From Lingula anatina (taxonomy: Eukaryota; Animalia; Brachiopoda), in contig CM120640.1 of the NCBI GenBank assembly GCA_051362555.1, forward strand, positions 20,770,001 through 20,834,000: 64,000 nucleotides of DNA, given 5' to 3'. Position 1 is the stretch's first letter; the number at the start of each line of letters is the position of its first letter. A model generated the notes under the pieces. That model worked only from the letters and a program-made list of their open reading frames with translations, ran no database searches and had not been told where the DNA came from. A program made the translations under genes and the position numbers. Of this stretch, positions 13,171-26,235 are shown piece by piece.

Positions 13171-14775
13171 AAACTAGAGGTTCAGAGAGGCGATATCGCC
13201 TCCAAGTTTTGTACCACCAGCTTGAGCAAGCGCATTCACGGGAAAACCAAAAAGGGACATCACCTCCAGTGTTGTACTTGACAAGCTCTACAAAATGCAC
13301 CTAACAAGAGTTCTCTCTTTTTTTTTTTTTTTTTTTTTGAAAAGTACAATTTATTACAATATCATGGGAAAAGTAAAAAGTCAAATCCAAATTTGTGAAG
13401 AGCGGTTCATGGTCAAAAGGGTCAAATTCAAGGTCGCAGTAAGACTGTCAATATATTGACTTGAAAACTGTTCAAGTTCAGTAGTATCAATGGGCATATC
13501 TGTGCCAGTTTTGGAGATAAAAGGGACTATTGTAAAGTTCAATTCATGGTGAAAAGTAGGTCAAAGGTCCATTTGAAGGTCACAGTTAGATTGCCAGTAT
13601 ATGACTTCCTATTCAAGTTAAATAGTAACTATGACCCTATCTCTGCCAGTTTTGGAGATATAAGGGACTTCAATGTTGCAAAGTTCAGATGATAGCGAAA
13701 AGTAGGCCAAAGGTCAATTTCAAGGTCACAGTTAAATTGCCAATGTATGACTTCCTATTCAAGTTCAATAGTAACTATGGGCTAACTATGCAAGTTTTGG
13801 AGATATAAGGGATTAAAATGTTGCAATTTTCGAGTTACAGTAATGTACCATAAAATTTGTACAGAAGAAATTAATTGAAATAAAGAAAAGGTCATTTTGG
13901 CTGAAATTCATAAAATGGGAGGTCCTCAGAAATTCCAGATGGTCGAATTTCATGAAATACTGTCATTTTCGACCAGACGTTGTCTGCCTTACTATGCCTT
14001 ATGTTATCTTTTCCAGACGTTCGAAAGTTTATGCATATTACCGTATTGCACATTTTATTTTTACAGTGTACTATTTGATACAGCGTAACTCGTAAATCGT
14101 ATGGGGAAAAAAAACGGACACCACTTCCAGTGTCGAGTTGCAAGCTCTACAAAATGAAAAAAAAGGGTCTCTAGCATTTACGGTTCCTGAATTAGAGAGA
14201 CTTTTCGGTTTCGGCATCTTATGGCCGCTACTCCCGTGAAAATGCACCGATTGACCCCAAACTCACGGAGATGAAAGATGACCCTAAGGGTAACACCTGC
14301 CAATAATATTATAGGTTAGGTCTGTGTAGTTTCTGAAAATCGGCAGAAATAAAAGTTTATTTGTAAAAAAATTCTCATTTTTAGAAAATTTTGGCCCGTT
14401 TGACCCTTTGTCAAAGGTCAAATCCACGGGCATATTTAAAATCTACACATATGACTTTCGGTCAGCCATCTGTAGAAATATTTCACATAAATCATTTGGT
14501 TTGGGAGATAATTAGCATTCAATTTTGCAAATTTTGGACAAGGGTGCATTGCAACGAGCGCCACACCTAGACCCCAGCATCGACAAAGCCCAAAATATGC
14601 GTGGATGGAGTGGAGATTATATGTGACCTAAATCCAAGAGTTGGGTATGCAGTCCCTTGTAGTCTGAGGAGAAGTTGTAACAGTGACTTGGCGGCGGAGC
14701 CAACGGAGCCGGCGGAACATGCGGGTCGGGACTAAAACCATGTAACCGCCAGCGCCTACGCTGGTGGTACAAAAA
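13171..14775 (-). mobile_element. Non-autonomous Helentron (HINE/DINE-1-like) element with internal satellite array
   Basis: Perfect 15-bp subterminal inverted repeats ttttgtaccaccagc (13207-13221) and gctggtggtacaaaa (14760-14774). Partial IR beside the 5' subTIR (accgccagcg 14745-14754). 3' palindrome gaggcgatatcgcctc (13187-13202). T-rich ends on the - strand. Confidence 0.85.
13430..13830. repeat. ~146-bp satellite-like tandem repeat (~2.7 units) inside the HINE
   Basis: aaggtc(g/a)cagt at ~13430, ~13576 and ~13722, each followed by tgactt..ttcaagtt..agta..agttttggagata. Confidence 0.88.
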
Positions 14776-15272
14776 TGCATCTATCTTCGAGCGGATTTCA
14801 AACAATGAAAAAAACTCGAAAATAAAAAATATTGGGGAGAGATAGCAATCGTTTGGGGCGTAACTTCATCCCTGAACAAGATTTTATCACAAAAATTGGC
14901 AGAGTTGACCACGTGCCGTAGTTTTGCTTTTTTTCTTATGGAGTTATGATCCGCTAATTGCAGATTTTCATTAAACAAAGGCATTATTTTGCTTTATCAA
15001 CGATAAAATTTGAATTAAGATTTATAAGAAAAATCGCTGGCAGGGTTTTGGTGTCATTAAATCGGCGTTGAAACGGTAATCGTGGGTGACCAGGTAAAAA
15101 AGAAATCCGAGAAACCGATTTTTCAGTTTTATAAGAAGATTTGGATGTTTGACTCCGTTTTTCATTTCAGGTTTAATTTACCCAGGTGTAGCAGTAGATA
15201 ATCTTGTTATATTTTAACACTATTTCACTCCGTACATGAACATGTACCTGACCAGTATTTTGAAATTTCCAG

Positions 15273-16421
15273 CTTGCCCCGGGGGTGGCAGTGCCCTTGG
15301 CATGGAAGATGGACGAATCACAAACCAGCAGTTGTCTGCATCTAGCATTTATACAGTTGACTCAACTCCCCAGATGGCTCGACTGAATAACACGGCATTT
15401 GGTAGGTGAAAATGTTCACAGACACCCGCTCGACTTATTTTAGAACACTTCATCCGTCACCGAATCAGTTGAATTATTGCGGTTGTATGCTAGTAAATGT
15501 TTTAGGAAGAAAGACCAGTCTGCATGACGTGTCCAAAATAGCAATAAGATGTGGTAGTGGTTCTTCACCCTCATCTTGCGCTCTGAAGAATTTTCGAGAA
15601 TGGTTATATTAACATCAGACTAATTTTCACAGTTTTGATTAAATGATGGACTGCATGTAATTCTTTTGTTATTTTAGATTAATAGAGAAAAATTGATTAC
15701 ATGTAGCTAATTGGCAGTTGAAATATATATTTTGAGTACTGAACCATTTGTTACTTATAGGTAACAGGGGCGCCTGGGTTCCGCAGTGGGATCATTCCTA
15801 CGAATATCTTATGATCGACATGCTGGTGCCTCACATTATCACTGGTATAGCTGTACAGAATGGGGGTGGGAACTGGATAAACTACTGGATGAAAGAGTTT
15901 GAAATCATGTACGGTAACGATAATTTGTCCTGGAGAAAGTACCAGCGAGTAGAAGGAGAAGACATGGTGTTTGCTGGGATTTCGTCGCACGCCAGAGACG
16001 ATATTGTGACACACACATTGGATCGACCTTTTTCGGTGAGAATCGGTTGTATCCGCTTGCTAGTTAAGAAACGTTGCTCAAACTCCAACTAATGTTTATT
16101 GGTAAACATTGTCGATAAATGTACATTGTAGTTAACAATTGATTTTTTATTACAAACGTTACAAAACAAAATTTAAAAATTATGATATGGATTGGGAAAA
16201 ATGTTTGAAATATATATAAATAATACATGTCTACACTTTTGCATCAACTTCTGAAATGCAGCATTAAAGTAAGAGATTAACACTTTTCTATATAGGCAAG
16301 ATACATAGTTGTCTCTGCTACCAGTTGGCAGAATGCCCCCGCCCTTCGTATGGAGCTGTACGGCTGTCACGACCCAAATCCAAGTTCAACTACTTACACG
16401 CTGGTTCAGGCAGATATAGTT
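15273..16421 (+). CDS. F5/8 type C (discoidin) domain exons of the giant gene (15273-15401, 15761-16035, 16296-16421)
   Basis: Translations [64 protein letters not shown] are the canonical FA58C motifs. Confidence 0.92.
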
Positions 16422-19400
16422 GTAAGAAGTTACTTTATTTATATTAGTGCGATGTTGTAATGATAATAATGACTGAATGAAAATTAAATTTCACTAATTA
16501 ATTTTAAAACTGAAGTTGGTAAGGCATGAAAAGATTATAAAATAGTGGAAATTAGTCATAAGGTCTTGCCAGAAAATTCGTTTAGAAATGAGCATCCTAT
16601 TCCATTTTTGCGAGTGTAAAATATTGGGCGTGTTATGAACTCCAAATTTCCAAAAGTAATTACTTTTGGCCCCGTTTACTTGATATACCTTGTCGATAAG
16701 CCATGTGTATATTTGGGAAGTCAACAAATACGTGAATGGAATTATAGTTATGTTAAACTGATTTTTTAAATGAAAAAAATTGCTACTCGGGCAATCTCAT
16801 ACGGAAGCGTATTGCTGCCCTGTTGTTTTAATCATATTTTGAAATTGCAATTTAGAATCTCAAAAATTAGCTATTAGACTGGTACTTTTTTGCTATGAAT
16901 GTGGTAAGTTAGCTAGCCAATAGGAGCAGTCACCTACACCTACTCACTTGTAACCTTGACCGTTACTATCATAGGAAAGGTAAAGCGTGAATGAGTACTG
17001 CTGAGCAATCAAAGTAATCGCTTCAAGAACGCCAAGGTCAAGTTAACCTTATCACCTTCTTATTGGTTCGAATGTATAAATTGTTCCAACAGGACAAAGA
17101 GTTATACTTTTTTACTTACGACGTATGGAAATTTGGCACTTTAAGTGTGGTTAACGGCCTTCAATATTTATTAATTTATACTTTTTTTAGCAAAATCTAT
17201 AAACAAATTACACTGGTTTTGAATGATATTGAAGGACGCTCTACAGACTAAATGGTTTGTTTGCAAAATTCATTATCTTTTTAAAAAATAGTCAAAACAA
17301 GTCTTACAACAAATATTCTTCTCCTGATATATGGTGAGACGAAATGAAGTTGAGATATTCATTTTACTGTTAAATTTGCACTATTAAATTTTGCCGCTTA
17401 CAATTGCATAGACACCTTTAACGTGGAGCCCGTCGCAGAGCCCTTTTATTTTAAACCGACCAATCACAATCACCGCCAATGGTCAGCTGACCATTCAGGC
17501 TGGTGTTGACGTCATCCTCAATACTACGTCAGCAGGATTTTTCGTGCAAGGTAGGTTGTGTAGTAGCCCCCACTTTTAGCTTTTAATTCAATAAAAGGTA
17601 TCCTCATCAGTGTTGGTTCACGCAATTCAAATCTTTAGTGTGTTGTAGTCTTTAATTGTGGTACTGAGTCCAGAACGTTTTTTATTAGTTTTTATTACGA
17701 TGTGTATATTTGGGAAGTCAACAAATACGTGAATGGAATTATAGTTATGTTAAACTGATTTTTTAAATGAAAAAAAATTGCTACTCGGGCAATCTCATAC
17801 GGAAGCGTATTGCTGACCTGTTGTTTTAATTATATTTTGAAATTGCAATTTAGAATCTCAAAAATTAGACTTAGTTACTCTGAATTTCATGTTAGTTACT
17901 TCAAATTTTAGATACTAGCTACATGCAGTAAGCATAATACATTAGTGCATCAGAATTGACAGTATCCTATTTCCTGCATTTTTATTTTCTGGTTTTTGTC
18001 TGTACATTTGACAGCTTTGCTGCCTTGTTCAAGATTTCTTTAAAATAGAAATTAAAGAATTTCTATAGAATCCTATAGATGACTATAAGATTGTGCATTA
18101 TAAACAATAAAAAGCATTTTTGCTTTAACAGTGATATATAATTGACAATTACATTGATAAAATTGACCTTTATCAAATATCTTTTGTTTAGAATGATATT
18201 TGTTTATAAGATATGTATTTTTCTCAAGATTTTAACTTACAACAATTTCCTATAGGATCCTATAGGAAATCCTATAGGAAAGGTGCCCTATAGGATCCTA
18301 TAAGATTTCCTATAGGATCCTATAGGAAATTTTCGTAAGGGACTATGTCTATAGCTCGAACTTTCAGATTAAAATTTAAACAAAGTACCAGTAATACGCT
18401 TCCGCACTACACCTATATTGCGAAAATTCGAGACGGGTTTCATAAAGTCGGAATATCGAATAACTAAGTCAAAACTTCAAAACAAAATAACGTGGCACTA
18501 ATACGCTCCCCTTACTTAAGATCAAAACTTATGCTGGGCTTTTTTTCATCCAGGTTGTTTCAGAACAGAAGGTCTGCAGGGTTTTGAAGTGAGGTTTATG
18601 AGCAGTGACAAGTCGTCTGCCCTTGGCCGACGTGGAAACTTTTGGACTGGCATAAAAATCCAGCTGCAAAGTATGTCATTGTATTTATTGATTTGACAGT
18701 AGACTCAAAGTACCTTGTGTGTGTGTAAGCCTGAAGAGTTATGTCGTTCGTCTTGTTTGTGCATAATTGCAGCAATCATTTTTAAATCTTTAAATTAATG
18801 CTTCGCTGAACTTAAAATAAGGCAAGAGTAAAATGGTTGGCTTTTAAGGAATTATGGAACATAAATAAATAAGAGTGAAGGGGTAACATTATGTACTTAC
18901 CCGAAAACCAGGAAATTATCCATAGTGATGTTAACTGCTAGCTGAATATCCCGTAAGCTAATCAATATCCTTTTATTCCAGCGTGTGAAGTGATAGACCT
19001 GAGCCACACTTTGATTCAAGGAGCAGAAATTGGACTGAACCTCCTTACAAATGGCGCTGTCTTAAACATGGATCACGTGTTTGTAAGACACTGCAGCTCA
19101 GACGGGGTAAGATTAGCGTCCGTCAACTTAACCATGAATTACTCAGAGGCGTCCAACTGCGGGGTAAATGGTGTCAAATATAATGGCAATGGTAACATAT
19201 CTGTGATCGGTAGTCGTTTTACGGACAATAACAATCAAGGATTCTACTTTTACAGAACGTCAGGCAGCACAAACAGAATTATCTTCGACAAATGCTATTT
19301 TCGATCGACGCGAAATCGACTGTTATGTTTGCACGCTATAGTTTCAACTGTGATCCAAATTGAGAACTCTACGTTCATTTCTGATTACAGTAGTGGTCTG

Positions 19401-22400
19401 GAAATTAGTACAAGTGATGATTATTATAATGGTGCAAATATTTCTGTGACTAACTGTTCGTTTAGTGGAAGATCAAACACACTATACGTTAATGATCGGT
19501 TCACGTCACCTACTACTCCAAACACTTACGTAATAGCAGGGAATGTATTTAACGGCGCTGTATATCTAGACTGGCTTAACTACCGAAATCCCAACCAAAA
19601 ACTGACATTCCATAACAACACTCTAAATGCTTCCATCAACATGTACATCTACAGGGTTAGAGGTCAGGCCAACTTCACTTCAAATCGTTTTCTCAATAAC
19701 AGACGCGGGTCGCTGATAATACTGCATGACGACGCCCCTCCTCTAACAATTAGAGACAACGTTTTTCTGCAGAATTCAGGGCATTCTGTGTTATACGTTT
19801 CACGTATTAGTAGTGATGCATTTTTGGGGAAAATTGAAAGGAATATCTTTAGGAACAACAGTGCCACTGTTACAATGGAACTTTCGGGCAAAGCAAACGC
19901 CACAGTCAGCGAGAATACGTTCGAGAACTTTGCCGCCAACCGGGAGGTTCAAATAGTGAAATCGTGGAATCGAACCCAATCGATGGACATGCGGTACAAT
20001 TACTGGGGAACCGCTGACCCTCACAATATCTCCGCTCGTGTGGACGACTTCTACATCAACAACCGAAAGGCAGTGGCGGATTTGTCGCCATATCTGACTA
20101 CGGACAATGCGACAAAGGCCAACGGACCATTTGGTACCATTGAAAGACAGTACAACAGTACTGAATCAGATGGTATTGGCGGTGTTCTTACTGGAGATAC
20201 CAGCATCGTGCCAGTTACGCTACCAAACGGCACGATGGTCCCTATTAATGTGAGGTACACAATCTACGTTCCACAGGGCGCCACTCTTACAATAGATCCA
20301 GGGGTGTCTTTGAAGTTCCTGGAGAACAGAGGGATTGTGGTTGATGGCAAGTAACGTTATTCTTTATATTACACATGTAAAACTTATAATCCACATTACA
20401 AAAACATTAGTACCATGTGAAAAAGTGCATTTAAAGGTGCTACACATTTCATTCGACCTACTAGTACTTAATATCTTATCAACAGAATTACACGAAACTT
20501 AAGTTTCTTAAGACACTCATTTCTTTCCAAATTATAAGTGGACATGTGCTAGGCAAATTTTGACTGGGAATTTTAGAGTGTGGAATTTATCTGTCCGTTA
20601 CAGGAGTTTTAAATATCAACGGAGTTGCGTCTTATATGGTGAAAATGACGCCTGTCCTCTACCAATCTCCATGGGGAGGTATCGTATTTACAGAACTCAC
20701 AGGTAAGTGTTATGTAGCTGTGGCGTATAAAAATCGGTCACTGCTTCAATAGGAAACTTGAAAACTAAAACATGTCAAACGCTTTAAGATTCAATATGAG
20801 GGGGTTCAGATTTCTACACCATATGCAAGGCCTCTTTTAGTATGCTACCTACCCACTTCTTTAAATGCTTGACAGTACATGTGTATCTCTGACAAATGAA
20901 CTTGTGAATGTTTATTGTTACCCAGAACAACAAAATGACGTATGACGAGTGTTAACCCTTTGCTACATGTAGGTGTATCCCTATATGTTCTTCTCTAGGT
21001 CCGGAACCAATTACTACCACAACGCCGACAAAAACGGTTTCAACCTCAACTGACACAGGCTGGAGTACTAGTACAGAAGCCCCCTGCGAGGGAAATCCTG
21101 AAGTACCTTGTGAGAATAAGACAGACTCCCCAGCAAGAAGAAGGCGGATGGCAGAGGCAAACTCAATAGGTATTCATATTCTGATATTGATACTTCTACG
21201 GCATTGTTTGTTTCACATGACCATTGGGAACTTTTTGAAAAAATATTTCTTTAATTGTAATAAGGTCAGTCCGTTTATAAAAATACTGATACTGATTTAA
21301 CGCTGAAAGAGAATAAAAAACATTCAGCTTATTAAACTGCCGATGAGCTGAACGGGCACTCCACATGGTGTTTATTCAGAAAGTGCACAGTGGTATTATT
21401 TATTCACAGGAGTGTCGACACTGAAGTACATGAACATCAGCAGAGGAAGCACGTGTGTTGAAGTGTCAGGTGGCCGTGGGCTCGTTCTCCTTCATTCGAG
21501 ACTTGATTCCTGCACCCAGGCAGGCATATCCATCACCACCGGGTCTGCAGACCAGACCATTGAGATGAAAAACACAACACTGATGAACATGCCAAGCAGG
21601 AAAGGAATGGTTATTGGCGCCAATAGTGACTCAGGAGCTACGATTTTGGATGTCCAAGGGTCTAAATTTCTCTCGAATAGTTTTGTTTCTATTAGCTGTT
21701 CTGAATGCCACATTTCGTTCGAAAATTCAACATTCTTTGGGAATACAATTCTTCTTTTGCTCACCCAAATATATCATCCGAGTCATAAAAATCTGGTGAG
21801 TTTTCTGTGCTTTGCAATTTGGTAAGATTTTAAATGCTGGGGTCTTTTTCTGGAAATTAATGGAGAGGTTATCGACATTCAACTATATATATATATATAA
21901 TTTGTACAAGTATCGATATTTAATAGCTTTTTTAAATGAATGCAAAAAAGCATATATTTGATCAAGATAAAGATCCGATGAAAATTGTATTGCAAATACT
22001 TTAACATCCGTACACAGATATTTCCAGACCATGTATTGCCTATCTGAAAACAACTGCTTACTTTCAGGAATACCGTTTCGTTGGAAACCACTTTGAAACC
22101 ACGGCATTACGCACCAGCCACATAATGCACATCAATGTTGAGCGAGCCACAGACAACTCCCAAGTTAAGTTCATCAACAACACTGTGATATCTAATAATG
22201 GGTACGAAAACATTTATTTTGAGAAAAGGAGCTACACAGACCCTTTTTATAACATAAGCGGTAACTATTTCACTTCGCCAAGAGGCCTTTCCATTTGGTT
22301 TTACTTAGAAGGACTTACCAATGGGTCGGTCAAAGGTAATTACTTTAACAATACAGCACAAGCTATTCGGTTTCGAGGATCGTGCTGTTATTCTTCTCCA

Positions 22401-23780
22401 AAGTTGTTCGAAATAACCGAAAACATCTTTGCACATACAAGCGGAGGTCCGGTTATTGAACTTGACACTCATTTTGTGAGAAATAGGGAAGTTGTCGTGA
22501 AAGAGAACATCTTCGTGAACAACACAGTCACACAATACATCATATCCATGCGGTCAATAGATGCAAATATTACCGGCAACTTCTTTGACAATCCAGGTTC
22601 TACTTACGATTTAGGCGTTACATTTATCTATAACGAAAACGATGCTGCCAATGCCAAAAACAATTGGTGGGGCGGACCAGGTTTCTCTCATGTAATTGGA
22701 AGAATTTTTGATTATGAGGACGATCCTAGTAGAGGGAGAGTCGAATTTCAACCGTATCTCAACGCTCGCAATTTGTCGGCTTTGAGCGATTTAGAACCGC
22801 CTGTTGTCATAGGACCTGGTCGCATAGGTGGTACTATACAGGGAGAGGAGATTCTAACAGCCGATGATAGTCCATACGAGGTGGTGCGTAACATACTAGT
22901 ACCCGAAACGTCCACTCTAACCATTGAGCCTGGGGCCACCATTTTGTTTCATCCGGGCATTGGAATGGATGTAAAAGGTAAATGGTTCTTTTTTTCTTTC
23001 CTTTCTTACATTATGTTTCACGTAAGTATTAGTATAAATTCTATTGGGCTTTGGATTTTTTTCTTAATAGGACGCACGATTCGATTTTTCTATAACTGGT
23101 TCATTTTATATCAGATATATTTGATATAGGACCTACACATTTTTCTATCTAGGAGAACTTATGTCCACTGGTGCCCCAGATAACCCTGTGAAGATGACCG
23201 GCCTAGATGGTGGTAGTTGGAAAGGAATAACTTTTGAACAGTACTTGCCAGGTAATTGAGGAGCCGGGCGATGGTGTGCATATATTTGTCTTAAATGATG
23301 GGTGAAATGTGATAGGACTTGTATTTATTAAAATATAAACGACACTGAAAAGAAAATAATGTAAAACGTCTGAATATGCATTATAACATTCCCTTTTGAA
23401 ACACAATTGAAGATCCTTACCTCCGTGCCGCCAATGGCAGTGGTCCACACGAGGGGCGATTAGAGGTATTCTTCAACAATACATGGCAACTAATCTGTAC
23501 GTACGGCTGGAATATGAGGGCAGCACAGGTGGCGTGCAGGCAGCTGGGATACGGAGAGGCATTGGAGTTCTTTAAAACTGAAACTGTGTCTAGGTGCGTT
23601 ACATTAATTGTCTCCTCGGTCGTGCTTTAAAGTGATTTTTACTGAATTATTTTGATGTCATTTTTTAGAGAAAATGCTCGGTGCAAAAACGCTCTTTGTC
23701 ACGAAGTAGATAGTTTGATCCATATGAAACAATGGGAACTATGTTTGATATTCGACGTAAGAGTACTATGGTTACCTTCA

Positions 23781-23863
<83 letters not shown>

Positions 23864-24142
23864 TTTACAAAGATATATTTATTTTTATATTATATTTATT
23901 TAAATATATATATTTGTTTAAATATATATATTTAAATATAAATATTTATTTAAATATATATTTATTTATATATATATATTTATTTTTATTTTTACAAATA
24001 TATATATATATATATATATAATATTTTTTAGAGAAAATGTTCGGTGCAAAAACGCTCTTTGTCACGAAGTAGATAGTTTGATCCATATGAAACAATGGGA
24101 ACTATGTTTGATATTCGACGTAAGAGTACTATGGTTACCTTC

Positions 24143-24234
<92 letters not shown>

Positions 24235-26198
24235 CAATCAATCAGTGCTGATATTCATTACATGGAGTATATTGCTGACATAACACTATGCGATGTATTA
24301 GCCCTTTACAGGCAACAAAAGATGGCATGTCCATTGACATGTTTAACCGTTTCTTCCTAGGTTCACGCGAGGAAAATTGCGAGAGTACCACATGATAAGC
24401 ATGAGCTGCAATGGGGACGAACACTTTTTACAAGAGTGCAGCATCGCAGTGAATATTCGATATTGCAGTGACAGTAATCTTGCTAGCGTCGTCTGCAATC
24501 AGAGTGCAACCATACGTAAGTGAGAAGACGCAGCTCAAAGAGGGAACATGAAATCAATTGTGTTTAATTAACATAGTTTACCTAAATGGGCTTCTTCATA
24601 GTTAGACCATATTGTAAAATTATCATCTTTTCTCCATAGCCCTTTCATTCCATGTTTTTTTAAGTTTGTGTTGTTAAGTTATCAGTATCCCCTTAACTTT
24701 TCAACAAGATTAGTGAAACAAATCAACAAGGGACAACATATCCTGAGATACATAACATAAAGTTTAGGGTATCATGAAGTCAGACATCGATTTTAGCTAA
24801 AGTACGCTGGAGCTCCCGATGAAAATGGCAGTCATTTTTTCACTGTCACAAAGCATTTTATTTGGCTTAAGTAATAACTTTTTTTACAGTTTCCTAGCTT
24901 CAGAAGTGACATAATTGTTAAACAAAAACTAACAGATAATTAGAGTATCACTCTTTTTGCAACATACATGTATCTGCATGAGCAGAAGGATCGGTCATCA
25001 CATTCACATGGATTTTACTGTCGCTATGCTTTTGCAAATCAAATTCTGTGCAGCGAATTTTAAGGGTGATAATGCCTCTTAGTATGAGCCAAAGAAAGCG
25101 GTTTGCATGAATTATTTTCAAGTTTGGTCTTATTTAGGGTCATATGATGTGGAAGAAGGAGGTGTAAGGTATTGCAGTTGCGTCCCCAGCGGATTTTGAA
25201 AATCGGGGATTTTTATAAAGTACCCCTAGAATCCTTCCATGAGCTTTAACAGCCATCCTCAATGATTTTTAACAGCAATGTTTTCACATTATTAATATTC
25301 TGTTAGAATATCCCACCATTTTAGCAAGCCGTATTTAAACCACGCTGCTTTCCTTTGTTTACTTTTTTAGCGACTAACAGATCCTCCCTAGTCCATACAG
25401 TCGTGTCTAATACAACCAGAGGCGTGTCGGTCCGGGGCTCACCTCCTGTCTTCAAAGGCATTGAAATCACCAACAGCTCACAGAACGGCCTCACGTTCTC
25501 AGGTTACATACCTGAAGAGACTGCCATTTCCGATTGTATCATCGCTAACAGTGGAGCAGATGGCGTGTCTTTCACTGGCGTAAGCGACTCGAGGCAAAAC
25601 CATGGCATTTCCATTAGAAACTGTACGATTTCCAACAATGCCAAGCGCGGTGCATACATTTACCGCACAGACATCGCTTTGTCCAACAGTAGCATACACG
25701 AAAACGGCGAACAAGGTGTCTTTGAACGACGGGTTCTGAACACGGAAATTCAAAATGTGGATTTCGTGCGTAACAAACAGGGTGCTGTTTACTTTACAGA
25801 TACCAGCGATTTGGAGACTTTGACCATAAATGATAGTAGTTTTAAAAACAATTCAGGTTCTGTCCTGTATATAGAAATACCGAGAAATTCTCGCCCAAAT
25901 GTTTCAATCGCAAGAAATGTGTTCACTTGGAACGATGGTCAATCAAGAGGACTAAACTATTATGGCACTTACGGCGTCATTGATTTGAAATTTTATTTCT
26001 ACACAGAGAATATCACTGGGTGCTACTCCGTAAGTTTTTATTTTCTGTCAGGTTTCTACTTCAACAAAGTAAATGTTCGAATTTACAAACTAACAAACCG
26101 ATCAAACGTGCAATGTCGCACGGTCACTATGCCCTGCCCTGACTTTTATATCATAACCTGCGTGTATATTTGGCGCCATACATTCTAATTTAAATATC

Positions 26199-26235
<37 letters not shown>

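Noticed and set aside
13430-13830. Regularly spaced repeats as a CRISPR array
   Set aside because: Whole units are homologous (no unique spacers), the context is eukaryotic, and there are no cas genes.
300-15200. Numerous 60-120 aa ORFs in the upstream region
   Set aside because: No recognisable motifs; many use TTG/GTG starts or overlap repeats. Only the channel pseudogene and the Tc1 fragment are supported.
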